Origin: an uncultured Candidatus Saccharibacteria bacterium
Lineage (GTDB): Bacteria > Patescibacteriota > WWE3 > UBA101185 > UBA10185
Length of the DNA: 38,969 nucleotides
Assembly (NCBI GenBank): GCA_964525475.1
Contig: CAZGHA010000001.1
Coordinates: 13,029-51,997, forward strand
Direction: 5' to 3'
The position numbers and the translations under genes were made by a program. The notes beneath the pieces were generated by a model. The model had not been told where the DNA came from and searched no databases. It saw only the letters and a program-made list of their open reading frames with translations. Positions 30,627 through 38,718 of the stretch are shown one piece after another. How positions within the stretch are numbered: position 1 is the first letter of the stretch; each line of letters starts with the position of its first letter.

Positions 30627-31742
30627 ATGAAAATTGTCATAACAGGTGGTCACCACAGTTCGGCTCTCCCGGTAATAAAAAAACTAAAAGAAAAGATTCC
30701 TAATATCCAGATTCTTTGGATGGGTCATAAGTATTCCATGAAAAACGATAAAAATCCCACCTTGGAATATATCGAGATAACTTCGCTAGGAATTCCTTTT
30801 TATAATCTAAAGGCGGGGAAAGTTTATAAAACATATGATATCGGTCGGCTATTAAAAGTTCCTCTAGGTTTTTTTCAAGCCTTTTGGTTTTTGGTAAGAA
30901 ATAGACCTGATGCAATCATGTCTTTTGGTGGTTATTTAGCAGCTCCGGTGGTTATTGCTGGCTATTTTCTTAAAATACCTTCTTTAACTCACGAACAAAC
31001 TGTTGTGGCTGGTTATTCAAACACCTTAATTTCAAAATTTGTAAAAAAAGTTTTGGTATCGTGGCATGAAAGTGAGAAATATTTTCCAAAAAATAAAGTT
31101 TTTTATACCGGCATTCCTTTACGAGAAGAAATTTTCAAAATTAGTTCCGATTCTTTTGAAATTAATAAAGGGCTTTTAACTATTTATGTTTCTGCAGGAA
31201 AAACAGGTTCGCACATAATTAATGAAAATATCAAGGATTCTTTAAAGGATCTTCTCACTTTTTGTAATGTCATACATCAGTGCGGTGATAATTCTGTTTA
31301 TAATGATTTTGAAAAATTAGAGAATGAATACAAAAATATTAGAGAATCAGTACGAGGAAAATATTTTTTAAGGAGGTTTGTTTTGCAAGATGAGATAGGG
31401 GAGGCTTATATGAAAGCTGATCTCGTGATATCAAGGTCTGGTGCTCATACAATTTCAGAAATTATCGCGTTACAAAAGCCCTCTTTGCTAATACCAATAC
31501 CGTGGGTATCTCATAACGAGCAGTACGAGAATGCTACTATGGTAAAAAATCTTGGTTTGGGAGTAATCTTAGATCAGGAAAGATTAAATTCTAAAAATTT
31601 AGTTGATACAATTAAGTACTGTTTTTCAAATCTAAGTTCTTATAAATTAATAGATGATGCAACTTTAGATTTCTTAAAAAGTGATCCCGCCAGTCTTATA
31701 GCCGATGAAATTATTCAAATCGCAACGAAAAACAAGAAATGA
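30627..31742 (+). CDS. murG: undecaprenyldiphospho-muramoylpentapeptide beta-N-acetylglucosaminyltransferase
   Basis: GT28 pattern: N-terminal glycine loop (ITGGHHSSALPV, shortened), ISRSGAHTISEIIALQKPSLLIP, NEQYENA. Confidence 0.8.
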   Translation: MKIVITGGHHSSALPVIKKLKEKIPNIQILWMGHKYSMKNDKNPTLEYIEITSLGIPFYNLKAGKVYKTYDIGRLLKVPLGFFQAFWFLVRNRPDAIMSFGGYLAAPVVIAGYFLKIPSLTHEQTVVAGYSNTLISKFVKKVLVSWHESEKYFPKNKVFYTGIPLREEIFKISSDSFEINKGLLTIYVSAGKTGSHIINENIKDSLKDLLTFCNVIHQCGDNSVYNDFEKLENEYKNIRESVRGKYFLRRFVLQDEIGEAYMKADLVISRSGAHTISEIIALQKPSLLIPIPWVSHNEQYENATMVKNLGLGVILDQERLNSKNLVDTIKYCFSNLSSYKLIDDATLDFLKSDPASLIADEIIQIATKNKK

Positions 31743-32598
31743 TTTACCGGTTATTAATAGAACCAGTTTAAAGGGAGTTTATCCTACTGGCTCTTTTCCT
31801 AATCAAACTAAAGAAAGTCAAGTCTTACTGAAGAAAATCAAGAATCGAAAAAGAAGAGTTATAAATTCCAGGGTAGTTTTAAGAAAAAAGCACGGAGTTG
31901 TTTGGAAAGTAATTTTATTGATTTTAGTTATGGGAGTAGCCGCCTTTTTATTTTTTAATTATGATGTTCCTGGTTATTTTAAAATTTCTAAAGCTAATAT
32001 TGTCGGTGCAGGAGTGTTTGTTAATAACGAAGATATTAAAAATTTAATAGAAAGAAATACATTCGAAAAATATATATTTTCAGTTAATGAAATTGAGTTA
32101 TCTGAAGTTTTGACTAAAAGTTTTTTGGGTGCGAAAAGTATTGCCGTGAAAAAAGATTACCCTAATTCTATCAGTGTTTATGTTGAAGAGAGAGTTCCAC
32201 TAGCTGTAGTTTATAACAGTGACGAAGAGTATTTTTTAATTGACTCAGAAGGTTTCGTTTTAGGATTGATCACTAACAGTTTTTTGGACCTTCCAAAAAT
32301 TAATTACGAAGGGCAAATAATTACAGGTACATTTTTAGAAAAAGATATTATTCCAATAAGTATTGAAATTTTAAAATTTGCCGAACAGGAGAATTTAAAG
32401 ATAAGTAGCATGAGTTTTAATCCAAATTATGCTAAATTATATCTTGATACGGGAGCTGAAGTTTTTATAGGTTACGATAAAGAGAACCAAAAATCTTTAA
32501 GAACTATCAAGGCTTTAATTGATAATTCTGACAATGAAAAAAATATGATAAAAAAAATTGATTTACGGTATGATAAAGTAATAGTATTATATGATTAG
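31705..32598 (+). CDS. ftsQ: FtsQ/DivIB-type cell division protein (POTRA)
   Basis: Basic N-terminus, one TM (VWKVILLILVMGVAAFLFF), then a POTRA-like ISKANIVGAG..ED I.. segment. Canonical slot before ftsA. The only canonical in-frame start overlaps murG by 38 nt. Confidence 0.6.
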   Translation: MKLFKSQRKTRNDLPVINRTSLKGVYPTGSFPNQTKESQVLLKKIKNRKRRVINSRVVLRKKHGVVWKVILLILVMGVAAFLFFNYDVPGYFKISKANIVGAGVFVNNEDIKNLIERNTFEKYIFSVNEIELSEVLTKSFLGAKSIAVKKDYPNSISVYVEERVPLAVVYNSDEEYFLIDSEGFVLGLITNSFLDLPKINYEGQIITGTFLEKDIIPISIEILKFAEQENLKISSMSFNPNYAKLYLDTGAEVFIGYDKENQKSLRTIKALIDNSDNEKNMIKKIDLRYDKVIVLYD

Positions 32599-32609
32599 CT
32601 TCTAACTTT

Positions 32610-33863
32610 ATGTCCAGAGAGAAAATAATTACAGGAATTGATATAGGCTCTACCAAAATAAATACCGTTATTGCATCTGTGTCCGATAATAAGGTTTCTA
32701 TAATTGGTGTGTCTGGAAATATCCCTTCTAAGGGTATAAACAAGGGTAATGTTGTCGATATTGACAGCTCTGTTGAAGCAATATCTCAAAGTATAGAAAA
32801 AGCCGAGAGAATGGCTGGAGTTTCAATATCAAATGCTTTTGTTACTATAAATGGAAGCCATATAGAGACTTTGAATTCTCACGGGGTTGTTGCAGTTTCA
32901 CCTAGTGAAACGTCTGATATTTCAAGAGATGATGTTGCAAGAGTCATTGAGGCGGCCCAGGCTGTTTCTTTGCCTTCAACAAGAGAGATAATCCATGTTA
33001 TTCCAAGAGATTTTGTTGTAAATTCTCAAGAAGGTATAAAAGATCCTGTTGGCATGTCTGGAGTTAGGCTTGAGGTTGAGACAAATGTTATTCACGGTTC
33101 TGCCACCGCAATGAAGAATATTTCCAAATGTGTAAATAAAGTGGCAGTTGATGTTGACGAGCTAGTTTACAACGGTCTTGCTTCTGGAGAGGCGGTTTTG
33201 ACAGATACCGAGAAAGAGCTTGGTACTTTACTGGTAGATATTGGTGGTGGAACAACCTCAGTGATTGCTTTTTTAGATGGTAGTCCTATACATTCAGCCG
33301 TTTTACCTATCGGGGGGAAACTTATAACAAGTGATTTAGCAATAGGTTTGAGGTCAAGACTTGAAGATGCAGAAAAAATTAAAATTAGATTAAGTAACGA
33401 TGCTCTTATATCCAAAACCGACATCCATGATGATGGTGAGGAATTTGATGTTTCTGAATTTGATTTGGAGATCGAGAGAATTCCGAGAATTATGCTTTAT
33501 AAAATAATTAACGCAAGATTAGAAGAAATATTTAGATTAATCGCATTAGAAGTTACTAGATCTGGTTTAAGTGGAAAACTCCCAGCAGGAGTGGTGATAA
33601 CCGGCGGCGGTGCTCTAACAGCGGGTGTTGAAAAAAGTGCAAAAGTAAATTTAAAAATGCCCGTTAGAATCGGTGTTCCTAAAGGTGTGACCGGTTTAAT
33701 AGATGAGATAAAGGGTCCTGATTCATCGGCCGCAGTTGGTGCAGTTTTATATGGAGTTAAACTTTTTAGAGGTAGTAATCTATTGTCATTTGACAACAAA
33801 AACGGTAGTATAAGGAAAAGCGCATCTAAAATATTCGGAAAACTTAAGTCGCTTCTGCCCTAG
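32610..33863 (+). CDS. ftsA: cell division protein FtsA
   Basis: Actin-fold motifs IITGIDIGSTKI, LLVDIGGGTTSV and VVITGGGA. C-terminal amphipathic tail. Confidence 0.9.
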   Translation: MSREKIITGIDIGSTKINTVIASVSDNKVSIIGVSGNIPSKGINKGNVVDIDSSVEAISQSIEKAERMAGVSISNAFVTINGSHIETLNSHGVVAVSPSETSDISRDDVARVIEAAQAVSLPSTREIIHVIPRDFVVNSQEGIKDPVGMSGVRLEVETNVIHGSATAMKNISKCVNKVAVDVDELVYNGLASGEAVLTDTEKELGTLLVDIGGGTTSVIAFLDGSPIHSAVLPIGGKLITSDLAIGLRSRLEDAEKIKIRLSNDALISKTDIHDDGEEFDVSEFDLEIERIPRIMLYKIINARLEEIFRLIALEVTRSGLSGKLPAGVVITGGGALTAGVEKSAKVNLKMPVRIGVPKGVTGLIDEIKGPDSSAAVGAVLYGVKLFRGSNLLSFDNKNGSIRKSASKIFGKLKSLLP

Positions 33864-33909
33864 AAGTAATTGTTTTTTTAATTTAATTAATCTGCCCACA
33901 AATAACTAA

Positions 33910-35052
33910 ATGCAAGTAAAGCCTGAAGTTGAAAATTTTGCAAAAATTAAGGTTCTAGGTATCGGTGGTGCTGGAGGTAATGTAATAAATTCCATGATTG
34001 AGTCGGGTCAGATTACTGGTGTTGAATTTATTGCCATAAATACCGATGCCCAAGATTTGTCTGTAAACAAAGCAGTTGTAAAAGTTCCCATTGGTCAGGA
34101 AATTACAAATGGCCTGGGTTCTGGTGCAAACCCTGAAATTGGTAGAAAAGCCGCAGAAGAATCCATTGATATGATTAAAGAGCACTTAGACGGTGCTGAT
34201 ATGATTTTTATTACAGCAGGTATGGGTGGCGGTACTGGAACGGGGGCATCTCCAGTAATTGCAAGATTAGCAAAAGAAATGGGAGCATTAACCATTGGTG
34301 TTGTTACAAAACCATTCCCATTTGAAGGTGCTTTAAGAATGAAGAATTCAGAAATCGGTATTTCTGAGTTAAGAGATGAAGTTGACGCTTTAATTACAAT
34401 TCCTAATCAAAGACTTTTAGAAGTAGCTGATGAAAATATGTCTATAGTGGAGGCCTTTAAATTATCCGACAGTGTTTTAAATCAAGGTGTACAAGGAATA
34501 TCGGATTTAATAGTTATGCCAGGACTTATAAACGTGGATTTTGCGGATGTAAAAACAATCATGAAAGATGCCGGTACAGCTCTTATGGGTATTGGAATTG
34601 GAACAGGTGATAATAGGGCAGAGGTGGCAGCAAAAGCCGCAATATCTTCGCCACTTTTGGAACAATCTGTTGAGGACGCAAAAGGAATTTTGTTCAATGT
34701 TATCGGTGGTACCGATTTGACCATGAAGGAAGTGGATAAAGCCGCCAACATCATTAGAAATATTGCCAACGATCAGGCAAACATTATTTTTGGAACTACC
34801 ATCGATCCTAGATTATCTGGTCAGGTGAAAATTACAGTTATTGCTACAGGTTTTGATGTTAAACAGGACGATATCGGATACGGTTTTGTCGAAAAGAGTT
34901 TTACTAAACCCGCACCAAAAGAAGAACAGGCACCAAAACAAAATGAAATAAAGCCAATTCCTGAAAAACCAAAAGACATGTTTAAGCCGGAGGACTTTGA
35001 GGGAGATTTTGAAAGTAAATACGATATCCCTGCTTTTTTAAGAGGTAAGTAA
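33910..35052 (+). CDS. ftsZ: cell division GTPase FtsZ
   Basis: IKVLGIGGAGGNVINSM, tubulin signature GGGTGTGASPVIA, NVDFADV. Conserved C-terminal peptide YDIPAFLRGK. Confidence 0.95.
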   Translation: MQVKPEVENFAKIKVLGIGGAGGNVINSMIESGQITGVEFIAINTDAQDLSVNKAVVKVPIGQEITNGLGSGANPEIGRKAAEESIDMIKEHLDGADMIFITAGMGGGTGTGASPVIARLAKEMGALTIGVVTKPFPFEGALRMKNSEIGISELRDEVDALITIPNQRLLEVADENMSIVEAFKLSDSVLNQGVQGISDLIVMPGLINVDFADVKTIMKDAGTALMGIGIGTGDNRAEVAAKAAISSPLLEQSVEDAKGILFNVIGGTDLTMKEVDKAANIIRNIANDQANIIFGTTIDPRLSGQVKITVIATGFDVKQDDIGYGFVEKSFTKPAPKEEQAPKQNEIKPIPEKPKDMFKPEDFEGDFESKYDIPAFLRGK

Positions 35053-35277
35053 AAAATTGGAAATTTTCGAAGGTTTTTCCTTTTCATCTTTTTATTTCAA
35101 GATAAATTGATGAATCTTCCAATCATCACTGCTTTTATTTTTGTTAAATTTTGTTTACATTGTCTTTAGGCAGTGACAATTTCCGATTGAGAGTAAAAAG
35201 TATAAATTTATTTGTGAGTTGTTGGCCTTTGTGTATTTAGGGCAGCAGAGGTTTCTAACTCACCAAAATTAAAAAAT

Positions 35278-37905
35278 ATGAATTCGTACCTTTATTTTAA
35301 TGATGAGGTAGACTTACAGAGAAATGAAAAAATAGATTTTTCGGAGAATGGAAGAACCATTTTAGAAAAAAGATATTTAAGAAAAAATAAGCTGGGTGAG
35401 ATTGCTGAAACTCCCGAAGATATGTTTAAAAGAGTTGCTGATGCTATTGCAGAACCTGATGGTATCTATAGAAATCCTGAAAAAACATCAATAGAATTTT
35501 ATAATTTAATTTCTTCCAAAAAATTTTTCCCAAATTCCCCTACTTTTACAGGAGCAGGAACTCCTATAGGACAGTTAGCGGCTTGTTTTGTACTTCCTGT
35601 TGAAGATGATTTAGGAAAACATCCTGATGGAATATTTCAAACTCTTAGAAATGCGGCGTTAATTCAGCAGTCGGGGGGAGGTAATGGGTTTTCTTTTTCA
35701 AGACTCAGGGCAAAAGGTTCAAGAATATCCACAAGCAACGGTTTATCAACAGGTCCTGTTGGTTTCATGGAAGCTTACAACGGTGCTTTTGGGGTGATTG
35801 CTCAAGGCGGGGTTAGAAAAGGTGCGAACATGGGAATTTTAAGGGTCGACCATCCGGATATAAGGGAATTTATAACTGCTAAAACGGTTGAAGGACGGCT
35901 TTCAAATTTTAATATTTCAGTAGCGTTGACTGATAAGTTTTTAGAAGCGGTTGAAAAAGATGAAACCTATGAAATTTATGATCCTCATAACAAAGATGTG
36001 GTTGAAACTCCAAGAGCTAGAGAGATATTCGATTTAATTGTGGAAAATGCCTACAAAAACGGAGAGCCTGGAGTTCTATTTATTGATACAGCAAACAAAG
36101 ATAATCCTGTTCCTCATTTATATAATTTAGAGGCTACAAATCCTTGTGGTGAGCAATGGCTTGGCCCTTATGAAAACTGTTGTTTAGGTTCGATAAATTT
36201 ATCTGAACATCTAAATAGTGAAAATAAAATCGATTGGGAAGGGCTTAGAAAAACTATTATTTTAGCGACCAGATTTTTAGATAATGTAGTAAGTGCAAAT
36301 AAATATGTTCCGGCAGTACCGCAACTTAAAGAAGCAGCACACCAAAACAGAAGGATTGGTCTCGGGATAATGGGATTAGCGGACATTTTTTATGTCTTAG
36401 GAGTTCGTTATGGAAGCGAAGAAGCTCAAGACCTTGCTGGTCAAGTAATGGAATTTATACGTTTTCACTCCATGAAAGCTTCGATAGAATTAGCAAAAGA
36501 GAGGGGGCCTTTCCCATCTATCAAGGGAAGTATATTTGACCCCTCAAACTTAACCTGGACCACTCCAACTCCGTTAAAAGATTTTACATGTGACTGGGAA
36601 AGGCCCGTTATAGATTGGAGTGAGATAACTAACGGAATCCGTCTTTACGGTCTAAGAAATGCCGCTGTGACGACTGTAGCTCCAACAGGAACAATTTCTA
36701 CCGTGGCAGGGGTAGAGGGTTATGGTTGCGAGCCAGTTTTCGCACTTGCTTATTACAGAAATGTTTATCAAGCTGCAGGTGATCTTGAAAAAATGACTCT
36801 AACTTATGTGAGCCCCTCTTTTCAAAAAGCTTTAGATGATATTGATATGAGTGAGATTAAAAAAAGAGAGATTGTTGATGAAATTGCTAAAACTGGTAGT
36901 TGCCAGAATGTCGCTGATTTACCAGATGATTTAAAACACACTTTTGTTGTTTCTGCCGATATTACTCCTGAAGAGCATATTTATATGCAGGCTTCATTAC
37001 AAAGATTTGTCGATAATTCAATCTCAAAGACTTGTAATTTATCTTCTAGTGCTTTGCCTAGTGATGTTGAAAAAGTTTATATGATGGGTTGGAAGCTGGG
37101 ATGCAAAGGTTTAACTGTCTATGTTTCTGGAAGTAGAGATGAGGAAGTTTTAGTGACTAAAGATAAAAAGAAGACAGACTCGAAAGAAACAGAGCTTGAA
37201 AAAACTTCTGAAGAAAAAGTGGTTGAAAACGGTTCCCTTTCTGAGTCTAATGCTGAAAGGAAGGAAGTGCTGATAGATGTTGCAGATAGCCTTTCCTCCA
37301 ATTCTGAGGTCATAGATAATAATTCAGATGTAAAGTTAGGGAGAGATTATCGCTTAGAGGGCGCAACTTATTGTGTAAAAACCCCGCAAGGAAAGGCCTT
37401 TATTACAATAAATAAAGATAAAGCCGGAAGACCTTTTGAAGTTTTCATAAACGTGGGGAAAGCCGGCACCGATGTTTCGGCTTTATCTGAAGGTTTGGGT
37501 AGATTAGTTAGCGGTTGGTTAAGAGTGCCGAGCGTATCAGATAACGCAGTTACGGAAATAATTTCTCAACTGGCCGGAATAGGTGGAAGCAGATCTGTTG
37601 GTTTTGGAAAAAATAAAGTAGGTTCAATTCCAGATGCTGTTGCTAAGGTTTTAGCTGAAGAGTTAGGATATTCAATCTCAAAAAATCATTCGCATGAAAA
37701 CACTGAAGGAAACGGAAATGCAGGTAATATTGACATCGATTATGACGCAAGTAGAAATTTAGAAATGAGGCAAGAAGACGAAAACAAACTTCCTTCAAAC
37801 AGTGTATCTGGAAATATTGATATGTGTCCAGATTGCGGTAATTACTCTTTCATTAAAGAAGAGGGATGTGCTAAGTGTTACGTCTGCGGTTATTCCGTTT
37901 GTTAG
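35278..37905 (+). CDS. nrdJ: adenosylcobalamin-dependent (class II) ribonucleotide reductase
   Basis: RYLRKNK..ETPEDMFKRVA, FPNSPTFTGAGT, LAACFV, catalytic NPCGEQ, GLGIMGLAD, VAPTGTIS, ISKTCNL. C-terminal Cys-rich tail CPDCG..CAKCYVCGYSVC. Confidence 0.85.
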   Translation: MNSYLYFNDEVDLQRNEKIDFSENGRTILEKRYLRKNKLGEIAETPEDMFKRVADAIAEPDGIYRNPEKTSIEFYNLISSKKFFPNSPTFTGAGTPIGQLAACFVLPVEDDLGKHPDGIFQTLRNAALIQQSGGGNGFSFSRLRAKGSRISTSNGLSTGPVGFMEAYNGAFGVIAQGGVRKGANMGILRVDHPDIREFITAKTVEGRLSNFNISVALTDKFLEAVEKDETYEIYDPHNKDVVETPRAREIFDLIVENAYKNGEPGVLFIDTANKDNPVPHLYNLEATNPCGEQWLGPYENCCLGSINLSEHLNSENKIDWEGLRKTIILATRFLDNVVSANKYVPAVPQLKEAAHQNRRIGLGIMGLADIFYVLGVRYGSEEAQDLAGQVMEFIRFHSMKASIELAKERGPFPSIKGSIFDPSNLTWTTPTPLKDFTCDWERPVIDWSEITNGIRLYGLRNAAVTTVAPTGTISTVAGVEGYGCEPVFALAYYRNVYQAAGDLEKMTLTYVSPSFQKALDDIDMSEIKKREIVDEIAKTGSCQNVADLPDDLKHTFVVSADITPEEHIYMQASLQRFVDNSISKTCNLSSSALPSDVEKVYMMGWKLGCKGLTVYVSGSRDEEVLVTKDKKKTDSKETELEKTSEEKVVENGSLSESNAERKEVLIDVADSLSSNSEVIDNNSDVKLGRDYRLEGATYCVKTPQGKAFITINKDKAGRPFEVFINVGKAGTDVSALSEGLGRLVSGWLRVPSVSDNAVTEIISQLAGIGGSRSVGFGKNKVGSIPDAVAKVLAEELGYSISKNHSHENTEGNGNAGNIDIDYDASRNLEMRQEDENKLPSNSVSGNIDMCPDCGNYSFIKEEGCAKCYVCGYSVC

Positions 37906-37946
37906 TCGCGGACTTTTAGATATAGAGTTTTTATAAAATATATCGA

Positions 37947-37974
37947 TTGACTGTTAATGAAATTAAGGTATATT
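37947..37974 (+). promoter_or_regulatory. promoter of the adenosyltransferase gene
   Basis: TTGACT 37947-37952, 16 nt, TATATT 37969-37974, 23 nt to ATG 37998. Confidence 0.4.
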
Positions 37975-37997
37975 TGTGCCAGCCTGTCCTATAAAGT

Positions 37998-38549
37998 ATG
38001 TTTAAAATATATACAGGAAAAGGAGATTTTGGGCTAACCTTTTTATCTAACATGAATAAAAAACTATCTAAAACTGAACTCGTCTTTGAAGTTTTAGGAA
38101 CATTTGATGAGCTGGGGGTATCTTTAGGTTTTTTACACTCGGCAAGGTTGGGAGATGTCAGAAAGGTCGCCGTTGAGGTACAAAAGGATCTTCTCACATT
38201 AGGATCCATAATTTCCAGCGATGAAAAAGTTTCACAGGATTTAATAAATAAATGGGACAGTAGAATCAAAGAGCTTGAGGAAGTCATTGATTTTTTTGAT
38301 AATAAAAACGATCCAATCGAGAGTTTTATTCTACCCGGGGGTTGTCGAGAAAGCAGTTTTCTTCATTTATCAAGAGTAACGTGCCGAAAACTTGAGAGAG
38401 TTGTTTTTCAATACCTTAAAAAAGACAAGAATAAGTTATTTATAGGTAAATATCTTAACAGGCTTTCAGATCTACTTTATGTATTAGCTAGATATTCAAA
38501 TAAAAAGCTTGGATTTAAAGACATAATCTGGAACAATAAAGAGTCGTGA
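37998..38549 (+). CDS. ATP:cob(I)alamin adenosyltransferase, PduO/MMAB type
   Basis: MFKIYTGKGDFGLTFL..LSKTELVFEVLGTFDELGVSLG and ILPGG..SSFLHLSRVTCRKLER match the PduO-type signature (iYTktGDkG.T.l..g.r..K....ieA.GtlDEL, LPGG..a..lH.aRtv.RraER). Confidence 0.8.
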   Translation: MFKIYTGKGDFGLTFLSNMNKKLSKTELVFEVLGTFDELGVSLGFLHSARLGDVRKVAVEVQKDLLTLGSIISSDEKVSQDLINKWDSRIKELEEVIDFFDNKNDPIESFILPGGCRESSFLHLSRVTCRKLERVVFQYLKKDKNKLFIGKYLNRLSDLLYVLARYSNKKLGFKDIIWNNKES

Positions 38550-38683
38550 AAAAATATTACTTTCTATTAATCTTGATGTCATTACTCTTACTACTGTTAA
38601 CAGCAGTCCTCTTTGTAAACGCCAGAAAATCCGATGATTATTTCAGAAATATAGGTAATATTGAAGATATTAGTTTAAAATAA
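38546..38683 (+). CDS. possible 45-aa single-TM micro-protein
   Basis: Hand translation: GTG at 38546 overlaps the adenosyltransferase stop (GTGA). Product VKKYYFLLILMSLLLLLLTAVLFVNARKSDDYFRNIGNIEDISLK, stop TAA 38681-38683. Too short for the supplied ORF track. No homology evidence. Confidence 0.3.
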   Translation: MKKYYFLLILMSLLLLLLTAVLFVNARKSDDYFRNIGNIEDISLK

Positions 38684-38704
38684 TTGGTTGGTAGATGATT
38701 TTAA

Positions 38705-38712
38705 TGTAATAT
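38705..38712 (+). promoter_or_regulatory. -10 element TGTAATAT, 6 nt before ileS ATG
   Basis: TAATAT 38707-38712, spacer ctaatt, ATG 38719. TTGGTT 38684-38689 lies 17 nt upstream as a possible -35. Confidence 0.35.
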
Positions 38713-38718
38713 CTAATT

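Noticed and set aside
35059-35095. Terminator after ftsZ (GGAAA..TTTCC followed by a T-rich run)
   Set aside because: A 5-bp A/T-rich stem with a 12-nt loop is not convincing in DNA of this composition.
35053-35277. Cobalamin riboswitch or NrdR boxes upstream of nrdJ
   Set aside because: I found no B12-box-like GCCACTG core and no pair of acaCwAtATaTwGtgt palindromes. Only generic stems are present, so no riboswitch is called.
37150-37330. Intein or mobile insertion in NrdJ
   Set aside because: The extra segment is Ser/Glu/Lys-rich low complexity. It has no intein blocks: no N-terminal Cys/Ser splice junction context, no TxxH, no terminal HN. It looks like a flexible linker.
258-38287. Antisense or alternate-frame ORFs in the track: 258-440, 1959-2231, 2807-3013, 3718-4089, 4776-4979, 6122-6546, 8368-8909, 10355-10549, 12571-12795, 14783-15037, 16040-16919, 17463-19240, 20595-21098, 22935-23120, 23325-23537, 25934-26131, 26723-26944, 27453-28514, 29389-29634, 30700-30915, 32507-32789, 33167-34769, 34821-35087, 36168-36386, 37119-37313, 37931-38287
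   Set aside because: Each lies inside, and mostly opposite to, a gene with strong family motifs. Their translations are low-complexity Ser/Leu/Phe/Lys-rich strings typical of shadow frames. None has promoter or start context of its own.
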